Virus record (IMG/VR): IMGVR_UViG_3300025405_000011
Location: 1 to 64,000 of that record
DNA length: 64,000 nucleotides
Strand: one strand, 5' to 3'
Source: a virus
Made by a program: the position numbers and the translations under genes. Every line of letters starts with the position of its first letter. The first letter of the stretch is position 1. A model generated the notes under the pieces. That model worked only from the letters and a program-made list of their open reading frames with translations, was not told the DNA's origin and ran no database searches. Of the stretch, positions 56,511 through 64,000 are shown in pieces.

Positions 56511-57248
56511 TTAGTAGACGTCTCCTACATAGGTCACTGTCATCCAAGTTCCTGCTGTGGATAACTGTGCATAGTTAGAGACATTGGAAGTTACTGAAAA
56601 GCTTCCTGAAACTGTAGGTATGTAGAGAGTGTCTGATAGGTTAATAGAGTTAGTTCCCGTAGAATAGACACTAGAAGCAGCTCCACTAATAGTAGTACAG
56701 TTTAGAGTATTGGTTAGTGTACCACCGTTTATAGAAGGAGATACTGTTAAGTTAACATTATAGTACCCGGGAACTGGTACCGTTATAGAACCGCCTGAGT
56801 AGACAATATTTCCAAATGTACCCGAATGAGTGGTATTGGTAGTCCAGTTTAAAGTCTGACTATAAGGTTGATTCCAAGTATTACCACTAATAGTACTTAC
56901 TCCCAGCTTAATAGAATTAGAGAGAGAAAATCGTGCATAAGACTCAGGAGTTAGAGAAGTAAAGACATTCGGGTCACTATACTTGTTTAGTATACCAGCA
57001 TAAGCAAAAAGACGTATTAGAGTGGATCTTTTTTCTACCCACCAGACTTGATTGGGTTGAATCATATTAAGAGTAACCCTAGGGGGGAGAGACATAAGAT
57101 CTACCTGGTACTGAAAACCCTTCATATCTCTAGCCAAACAATAAGTGTTATTGGCAACTGAACTTAGAGGATGCTGAATTGGTGGGCTTAAAATAATAAC
57201 TTTTCTAACTAACTGGTTGTAACTGCCAGTGTTCTTAGGGACAACCAT
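56511..57248 (-). CDS. Baseplate spike/tail-associated protein
   Basis: Position after the hub; C1q-like ITVPVPGYYNV segment. Confidence 0.5.
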   Translation of the reverse strand: MVVPKNTGSYNQLVRKVIILSPPIQHPLSSVANNTYCLARDMKGFQYQVDLMSLPPRVTLNMIQPNQVWWVEKRSTLIRLFAYAGILNKYSDPNVFTSLTPESYARFSLSNSIKLGVSTISGNTWNQPYSQTLNWTTNTTHSGTFGNIVYSGGSITVPVPGYYNVNLTVSPSINGGTLTNTLNCTTISGAASSVYSTGTNSINLSDTLYIPTVSGSFSVTSNVSNYAQLSTAGTWMTVTYVGDVY

Positions 57249-57250
57249 AA

Positions 57251-60079
57251 CTACCAGCTCGTTTTCTGTACTTGGCCTTGGAAGCCCATTAGGCCTGTAT
57301 GTGGAGCATTTGCATTACTCTTGATGTTTGCTTCTGTCCAACCTGTACCAAACATATTGAGTCCATAGTCTAGTAAAGAACCATTTTTAATAGGGGCAGT
57401 AAAGGCAGCAGTGGTAGTAAACCCTGAAGTACGAGAACCCTGATGTTGTACATTTACACAATAGAACTCATAACTATCAGTTCCACCACTTTCATTGTCA
57501 AGACTCATCTTAACTCTCATACCCGGATAGAGCTCGGGCATATAGGTGAGACTTACTTGACTAACGAACTGATCTGTCCACTTTTTCATAAAGACCATGA
57601 GTGCATAGAGATATTCTAGTGCATGTGTGTGAATCATTTGCTGTTCTTCTACATATGGTCTCATACCATATTTATTTAAAAAATCTACAGAGTTTTTCAT
57701 TGCTGTAGTTAGTGCTTCTGCATTAAGATTTAATGCTCCAAATAGAACCTGCATTGTACTAGTGTCTTGTATACTAACTATACCATTTGTACTTAGATAG
57801 TCACCAGTAGTAACTTGCTGCCCAATACCGGTAGTGTCTCCAACTATACCTACATGAGTGGTCAATTGTGAGTCATCATGATAGATTTGAAAGTCTATTA
57901 CTTCTACATCACTAATTTCAAGTGTAGGAGTTGTAGTATAAATACCATAATAATCTGGAAACCAAGCTACAAAATCTCCATTGGGAGCACTCTGGAAGTT
58001 TCTTAAACCAGCACCCACTATTTGCTGAAGATCAGCAATCAAAGGGTTGTCCATAATAAAAGATCTAGGAGTACCTAGATAGGCTAGTGATCTAACATCA
58101 ATAGTTGGAGCACCATATGCAGTATTCCAAGAATTGGTTAAGTTTAGACTACTACTATTGTTAGCATTGGCAGCAGCATTGGCAGCACCACTTGTATTTT
58201 GATTAAGCCCAGTATAGTTAGCAGAAAGTGTTATAGGCCTTCTGGCTCCTAGGTATTGAGTTCCCTTACCGCTATACACTTGACTATTAGAAGCTACTGT
58301 CCCACCCTTTATAGTATTCCAGTTAAGAGTCGAAGGCCCCTGCATTGGACCAGGGCCCCCAGTACCGATTTGTGTTCCATTTCCACTACTATCAAAGTCA
58401 CTATAGAGCATTATGACATGACTAGGTGCATTATTGGCAGTTTTTACTCCTGGAAAATTAAAAAATAGCAAATCTCCTTTTTGTGGCTTTGTATTTACAT
58501 CAAGGTATAGACCAGCAGGACCCCCTGACTTACCGGCTACTCCACCAGAAGCTCCAAATTGAGCTCCAGTGTAAGTTCCGATATCTATACCAGCACCATT
58601 TTTCCAACACCAATACATTAGGGCAGAGCAGTCAAAACTTACACTCGATGCACTAGCATTAGGGCTACTTTGAAGTCCACGATTAGTTTCACTATATTTA
58701 GAACCCACTCTACTCTTGGCTAGGGCCAATACTTTGTCTACAGTGCTACTAAGTACTTTAGAACCACTAGTTGTATTAGTGCCATAGGTAGATTGAATGT
58801 TTTTAGCAGCAGCCTTTTCAAGTGCAGTTTGTGGACCAAAGGCACTAATTTGTGTACTGTCTCCCCAAGTGACATTTATATTGGAGAGTACACTACCAGC
58901 AACTGGAGTATTCTTTGCAGTAATGGAAGTAGGGTCAGTACCATCCTGTAGATAAGCCCATACTCCCGGGTGTATTTGAAGAGTATTCTTGAGTTTGGGG
59001 TCATAGTTTCCAAATTTGTCTTGAGGAACTGAAGTTGCTCTTAAGACAACAATGTGTCCTGTATCATTATTACTAACCACTATTGGGCGTCCACTTTTAT
59101 TACCAGCACTAGCAATATTTCCAAAATCTTCAGCAAGCCATTGTTTTGCTACTGAGATTGAATCGTCTATGTTTTTTCTTTGAGCTAGAGTAGCTCCTGC
59201 AGGGTGAGTGACTTCTAAGTAGGCCCAATCAGCAGTACACCAATATATATCATGATGCAATATACTAAGGTCCCCATTGTTATCATTAATTACATCTAGA
59301 GCAGGCAAAGGATATGGATAGTATTCACCGGTACTACTTTTGTGTAGTAGAGGGACTGCTTTACTAGCACTAAATGTTGTATGTGCTGGTGCACCACTAT
59401 AGGTAATGTTTGTACTACCACCCAAACTTGTAGTAGAGTTTCCAGCAGTAATTCCAGCAACTCCTAGTATGGTAGAGAGCTCTGTTACAACATTTTGGTC
59501 TAGTTCATTTTGAGCTGTAGTTAGATTACTATAGGCAGCACTAGCAAAATTTATAAAGTTTTGTGGAATACCTTGTACATGAATATGAGCAGCATCCCAA
59601 CCTGCAACTCTACTGAGTATGTTTACTAGAGCTTGGTCGACTCCACCGTCACTATTGACAGTTTTATTATTGCTCATAGCTGCAGTATCCATATAATTAA
59701 GTAGCAATTGTTGAAACTCTACGAGAGTATTGTCCCAATAAGTCATCTGCAATTGATAGAGAGTACAGCTAGCCTGAATAGTTACTGGAGTAGGCACTAG
59801 TGTTTCTATTGGAGCATAAGTAACATAACCGGCAAAAGCCTGTACCCAAGTGGTTCTTTTTAAGAATACTACTATTCGATCCATCGTATTGATAGTTCTG
59901 TTATATTTTCTTCTAGGATTGTTAAGAGTACACTGAAAAGTACTAACAGCATTAGTCTGTCTATTCATATTGAAATCAGTTAGGTCTTCAGAGACATCTA
60001 CTGCTCCATTTTGTTGAGTATAGATTACCACTCGAACGTCTGGGCTATAGACAAAAGTACCGGACTTATTAAATGTCAT
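57251..60079 (-). CDS. Baseplate hub protein with an inserted NlpC/P60 peptidoglycan hydrolase
   Basis: FDCSALMYWCW...T-x-x-Q...GDLLFF...HV; C-terminal MPELYPGMR...V-x-H...F-x-T hub motif. Confidence 0.8.
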   Translation of the reverse strand: MTFNKSGTFVYSPDVRVVIYTQQNGAVDVSEDLTDFNMNRQTNAVSTFQCTLNNPRRKYNRTINTMDRIVVFLKRTTWVQAFAGYVTYAPIETLVPTPVTIQASCTLYQLQMTYWDNTLVEFQQLLLNYMDTAAMSNNKTVNSDGGVDQALVNILSRVAGWDAAHIHVQGIPQNFINFASAAYSNLTTAQNELDQNVVTELSTILGVAGITAGNSTTSLGGSTNITYSGAPAHTTFSASKAVPLLHKSSTGEYYPYPLPALDVINDNNGDLSILHHDIYWCTADWAYLEVTHPAGATLAQRKNIDDSISVAKQWLAEDFGNIASAGNKSGRPIVVSNNDTGHIVVLRATSVPQDKFGNYDPKLKNTLQIHPGVWAYLQDGTDPTSITAKNTPVAGSVLSNINVTWGDSTQISAFGPQTALEKAAAKNIQSTYGTNTTSGSKVLSSTVDKVLALAKSRVGSKYSETNRGLQSSPNASASSVSFDCSALMYWCWKNGAGIDIGTYTGAQFGASGGVAGKSGGPAGLYLDVNTKPQKGDLLFFNFPGVKTANNAPSHVIMLYSDFDSSGNGTQIGTGGPGPMQGPSTLNWNTIKGGTVASNSQVYSGKGTQYLGARRPITLSANYTGLNQNTSGAANAAANANNSSSLNLTNSWNTAYGAPTIDVRSLAYLGTPRSFIMDNPLIADLQQIVGAGLRNFQSAPNGDFVAWFPDYYGIYTTTPTLEISDVEVIDFQIYHDDSQLTTHVGIVGDTTGIGQQVTTGDYLSTNGIVSIQDTSTMQVLFGALNLNAEALTTAMKNSVDFLNKYGMRPYVEEQQMIHTHALEYLYALMVFMKKWTDQFVSQVSLTYMPELYPGMRVKMSLDNESGGTDSYEFYCVNVQHQGSRTSGFTTTAAFTAPIKNGSLLDYGLNMFGTGWTEANIKSNANAPHTGLMGFQGQVQKTSW

Positions 60080-60792
60080 TTAGTAGGCAATCCTTTTGTT
60101 GGCGCATTATTGATAAGAGTTTGTGTATCAGTCCAGTCACCATTATAGTTCCTTTGAGTGGCTGCAGTAGGGGCAAAAGCTACATTTGTCCCATTCATCA
60201 TAGAAGTTGGTGCAGTACCAGCAGTATTGGGATTAATAATGTTCATGGTATAGGTTTTAAAGAATACTGTCTTAAAACGAGCGTATTCTTTTTCTGAAGA
60301 CTGTATCCAACCTTCAAAACTTAAAGGTGCTAGTTTTGTCCCAGCAAACTTATTGGGCTTACTTGGATCACTCCAAGAATAAGAGGTTAGAGGATCAGGG
60401 GTTGTAGTATTAGAAGCTACATCTCCAGGACTATAGTGCAGAGACATAGGTTGTGGAATAGTAGAAGAAGTCATAGCCAGTTGATGCTGTCTAATGGCAT
60501 CTTGAAATTTATTCATACGAGTAAACCCATCTCGGTAATCTATTCCTTCAAAACCCAAAGGAATACTATTTAGATGTCTAGTAGCAGTCTGTAGAGGCCA
60601 AGCAATAGTAAAGGTAGCAAACATTTCACTACGTCTAATGGGAATGAAATTCATACCAGTTTGTAGTTGCTGAGCAGCATACTGATTGTCAGTAGCAGTA
60701 GAGATACTGGTTATATATACTTCATAAGGAAGTAATTTATTTTGTGCAGTACTATATAGATAGACTATTGCGTTCCCAGCCATTGCTGCCAA
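60076..60792 (-). CDS. Tail/baseplate protein
   Basis: Position in the tail module. Confidence 0.55.
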   Translation of the reverse strand: MAAMAGNAIVYLYSTAQNKLLPYEVYITSISTATDNQYAAQQLQTGMNFIPIRRSEMFATFTIAWPLQTATRHLNSIPLGFEGIDYRDGFTRMNKFQDAIRQHQLAMTSSTIPQPMSLHYSPGDVASNTTTPDPLTSYSWSDPSKPNKFAGTKLAPLSFEGWIQSSEKEYARFKTVFFKTYTMNIINPNTAGTAPTSMMNGTNVAFAPTAATQRNYNGDWTDTQTLINNAPTKGLPTK

Positions 60793-60935
60793 CTTTCTTC
60801 TGAGATTGGAACACTCTGGTGTATCATACCTGAGCTAGCTGACCAAGCAAATCCATTAAACCATACTACTTCTTCACTGGGTCTAAGTATTGGTTGTGAT
60901 ACTCTACAGTTTGCACGAATAGATTCTGACGACAT
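60765..60935 (-). CDS. Small hypothetical protein (56 aa, MSSESIRANC...)
   Basis: Manual translation; AGGAG SD; fills the gap. Confidence 0.5.
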   Translation of the reverse strand: MSSESIRANCRVSQPILRPSEEVVWFNGFAWSASSGMIHQSVPISEESWQQWLGTQ

Positions 60936-60943
60936 TTAATCTC

Positions 60944-61549
60944 CTACTTAGTTGGTGTTAATAATGACGGGAATAGAGCTGTAATTTGATCAAGATTAAT
61001 CGATAGTCCAGCTTTACTAAGACCAGTCCAACCGGGGCTAAACCCAATACCTGCAGCTATTTGATCTAGTGCTGCAGCAGTACTAGTTTGTGCTGTAATA
61101 GCATTAAAGTCTTGTTCTACTTCTAGTTGTAGCATGTAAGGATAGGTAACAGTACTAACATCCCAGCCCATCTGCATTTGGGTGACCCATACTCTAAAAC
61201 CCAAATTGGTACTGGCACTATAAGTAACTACCGGAATACTTAGAGTCATACTCTGTTGATGAGTATTCTGACTATCCTGCATAGCTTTTATATTAGTATA
61301 CATGTCTAATAGTGCTGCTCTACTACCGGCCTCTCCTTGAATAGACATAGTGCTAATTTTAACTGATACTAGTTGAGTAACACGTCCACCAATGGTATCA
61401 AATGATCTATTGTTCATTTGATATTGCCACTCAACTCCATTTACATTAAAAGGAAAGTTATAGGTTTTACCAGTAATAGCATCATACATAGTGGCAGTAC
61501 TACTCTTGGTATTATTAGTAGAATTAGTATAGCCAAGTGTATTAGACAT
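60944..61549 (-). CDS. Tail-tube-initiator-like protein
   Basis: F-x-x-N...W-x-Y...T-x-GGRV-x-Q; immediately after the tape measure gene. Confidence 0.55.
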   Translation of the reverse strand: MSNTLGYTNSTNNTKSSTATMYDAITGKTYNFPFNVNGVEWQYQMNNRSFDTIGGRVTQLVSVKISTMSIQGEAGSRAALLDMYTNIKAMQDSQNTHQQSMTLSIPVVTYSASTNLGFRVWVTQMQMGWDVSTVTYPYMLQLEVEQDFNAITAQTSTAAALDQIAAGIGFSPGWTGLSKAGLSINLDQITALFPSLLTPTK

Positions 61550-64000
61550 TATGCATTACTTCCGGGAGTAGGTTTGGTATTGGCACTAGCTTGTCCTGTA
61601 CTAGCTTTTTGGCCTGTATAAGTAGAGCCATTTTCTAGTTGAGTTAACCACTTTTGAGCACCTGCAGTAAGAGTAAATGTATGAGTAGAGTTATTATAGG
61701 TTAGTCCCGATACATTTTGAGAAGTAGCATATGGAGTAGCATTGGCATAGTCTTTGACTCCCTTAGAAGTTAAAAATGCACTAACACTTTGAGCTCCATA
61801 GTTTTTGGCCCCAACTCCCATACCACTAACTTGAGCTGCTCCACTGGCTAGCATTGCCATTACCTTGGATTCACCACCAAATTCCTTAATTGCATTGTCC
61901 CAGGATACTGCTTTACCATTGACTACTATTGATTTAGCACCTTGTTCTAGAGTTAGTTGTGCTGCATTTGCCCCATAGTTATAGCCCATTTCAGTGTCTC
62001 TATAGGCACCACGGAAAGCTTTACCACTATCACTCATTGTTCTGAGTGCTTGATCACGTAGAGATTGTCCAGTGTTTCCCCCATCAGGTATATATCCAGC
62101 AGTATAACCTACAACTCCTTCAGCAAGTCCTAGAGCTCCTTCAGCAATTCCCTTAACTGAATTACCAACACCCGCTGCAACTGTCTCTAGAAAACCCCCC
62201 CACCCACTGCTATGTTTATGAGCAAGATCTGTAGTCATCTTCTTTTTAGCGGCATTTGCTTTCTTTTGTGGTTGATTACTATAGAAGTTCCAGAAATATT
62301 CAGCAGCAGCCTTAGGAGTATCCATACTCTTCTTTAGGCCTACTGATTGACCAATCATCTGTAGCATTTGAGGGTTAGACCCGGACATAAACTGACCCTT
62401 GGTGAGTCCTGGTTCAATACCAGCAAAGCCTATAATTTGCATAGCAACACTTCGTTCATCTCCAAGTAGAGTGGCTCCAGCATTATTGCCCATACTGTTT
62501 AATTTTCCAGCCACTTCCATATAGCCCACACCCAGTTGCTGAGCTAGTAGTGCTGTACCCACTTGTGTATTGAGTATTTCACTTCCGTTAACTCCTTGTT
62601 GCTGTAAGAACTGATTGCCTTGACCAAACATTGCTGAACCTTGACCAAATATACCTGCAGCTGCACCATTTAATCCTATACCGGCTCCAGTTATTGCTCC
62701 GCCTTGAGCCGCTTGGTTAGTATAGGCTGTACTGGTATTGGTACCTTGCATACCGCCCAGTGCTCCACCAATCATACCGCCTACTTGGCTAAGACTCATA
62801 CCGCCTAAAATACCAGCTTGTGCATATTGCTGACTGGCTTGATTGGTTAGACCATAACGAGCGAGATTGTTTAGAGCATAAGAGACATATTGACTATTGG
62901 CATTACCTTGATAACCCAAACCCATTCCAGCCATTTGTGCTTGTACTACATCTTGTGAGCTTACAAATGGGTTGAGTCCAAATCCCGACTTAAACATAGC
63001 CTGTAGACCTAGACCCATAGCATTTTGTTGATTGTTAGCACCCGTCATACTACCATACTGTTCAGATACTTTCATAAACTGTTGTATTGGAGCCATTACT
63101 GCTCTAGCTGCATTATAGCCAAATGCAGCTACAGTAACTGCTTGTGTTAGTACTGGAATCTTATCTAGTAGAGTAAAAGCAAACTTGCCTATTGTGCCTT
63201 CTAGTCGAGAAATCATTTTTTCTTCATGTTTACCAAAAGGACTTGTACCTTTTTCAAACTTGCGTCCCACTGGCCCGACTTCTCCAGTTATAGGGTCAAC
63301 TCCTCCGTAAACAGAGTCTTCTGCAGTTTGCTGTTCACGAGCAATACGTCCAGCATAGTTTCTTAGAGTTCTACGAGCAAACTGTGCCATTAGTCCACCA
63401 CCCTGTGGACCACTAACACTACGTAGTGTTTCTTGACCGTACTTGACTAGTTCTCCAGCCGGATTAGTTATGTCCATGTTGTTCTTTTTAACTATATCAT
63501 AGACACTGGGATAGTTCTTTTTAAAGTATTCTTGGTAGGGGTTGTTGGCAGATGAGTTGTTGGGACTAACACTCAGTCTACGGTAACCGCGACTATTATA
63601 TTCATTGCTAAGGTCATCATCGTAGCCATCATCTCCACCGCCTCCACCGCCTCCACCGCCTCCTCCACTGCCACTGCCATTACCTCCAGCACCAGCACTA
63701 GCACCACCACCAGCTGTAGGAAGTCCTCCTCCAACTGTTTCAACTCGAGGACCTCTTCTGCCCCAGTTGACCACTCTTCGAGCATAACCGGCTCTATCAA
63801 TGCTTTCTGGAATACCGTTTATAGTGGTTTCTTGACGGCCTGGTAGATCGGGATTTGAGATTGAACCGGCATCAGGGTTATAGCTAGAGCCTCTGACCAT
63901 ATTGTTCATATTGCCAAATCCACCAAATGGAAGTCCATATTGACCTAGTGTACTAAGCACTTGGTTTCCATTAACACCTAGACTACGAGCGGCTGTTAAA
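61549..64000 (-). CDS. Tape measure protein (5' end probably outside the window)
   Basis: Gly/Ala/Gln-rich long ORF upstream of the baseplate genes; the frame stays open to the window edge. Confidence 0.7.
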   Translation of the reverse strand, partial: LTAARSLGVNGNQVLSTLGQYGLPFGGFGNMNNMVRGSSYNPDAGSISNPDLPGRQETTINGIPESIDRAGYARRVVNWGRRGPRVETVGGGLPTAGGGASAGAGGNGSGSGGGGGGGGGGGDDGYDDDLSNEYNSRGYRRLSVSPNNSSANNPYQEYFKKNYPSVYDIVKKNNMDITNPAGELVKYGQETLRSVSGPQGGGLMAQFARRTLRNYAGRIAREQQTAEDSVYGGVDPITGEVGPVGRKFEKGTSPFGKHEEKMISRLEGTIGKFAFTLLDKIPVLTQAVTVAAFGYNAARAVMAPIQQFMKVSEQYGSMTGANNQQNAMGLGLQAMFKSGFGLNPFVSSQDVVQAQMAGMGLGYQGNANSQYVSYALNNLARYGLTNQASQQYAQAGILGGMSLSQVGGMIGGALGGMQGTNTSTAYTNQAAQGGAITGAGIGLNGAAAGIFGQGSAMFGQGNQFLQQQGVNGSEILNTQVGTALLAQQLGVGYMEVAGKLNSMGNNAGATLLGDERSVAMQIIGFAGIEPGLTKGQFMSGSNPQMLQMIGQSVGLKKSMDTPKAAAEYFWNFYSNQPQKKANAAKKKMTTDLAHKHSSGWGGFLETVAAGVGNSVKGIAEGALGLAEGVVGYTAGYIPDGGNTGQSLRDQALRTMSDSGKAFRGAYRDTEMGYNYGANAAQLTLEQGAKSIVVNGKAVSWDNAIKEFGGESKVMAMLASGAAQVSGMGVGAKNYGAQSVSAFLTSKGVKDYANATPYATSQNVSGLTYNNSTHTFTLTAGAQKWLTQLENGSTYTGQKASTGQASANTKPTPGSNA
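63633..63666. repeat. 9-bp tandem repeat (CCTCCACCG) encoding poly-Gly
   Basis: Three or more copies visible; GGGGGGGGGGG in the protein. Confidence 0.7.

Overview
This 64-kb window is an internal segment of a large, roughly 40% GC tailed phage, probably a myovirus of Actinobacteria: it has WhiB, an Rpf-like transglycosylase, leaderless promoters and a contractile-tail baseplate. Essentially all genes are on the minus strand. From left to right it contains: terminase and putative head-internal proteins; three tRNAs; a recombination module (RuvC, Cas4-like exonuclease, Hjc-like nuclease, RecA); a DnaE-based replisome (SSB, primase, DnaB, DnaC); a DNA-modification region; regulators; a glycosyl/sulfo/hydroxylase cluster; a SNF2 helicase; and baseplate, tail and tape-measure genes. 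The top candidate novel system is a 7-deazaguanine DNA-modification region. It has FolE, QueD, QueE and a TGT/DpdA-like insertase but no QueC or QueF in this window. Instead it carries a LuxE-like acyl synthetase, a LuxC-like reductase and a class III aminotransferase, inferred to give a CDG -> aldehyde -> preQ1 bypass. It also carries PanD, three amidoligase domains and a methyltransferase, inferred to hypermodify the base further. Other oddities are genome-wide CTAG enrichment with CpG depletion, a CpG-rich island whose edge cuts through a gene, a tRNA-Ser with the rare ACT anticodon, a shared N-terminal peptide motif near the terminase, and large-loop hairpins with anti-Shine-Dalgarno-like loops. 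All calls come from manual motif recognition; no database searches were run.
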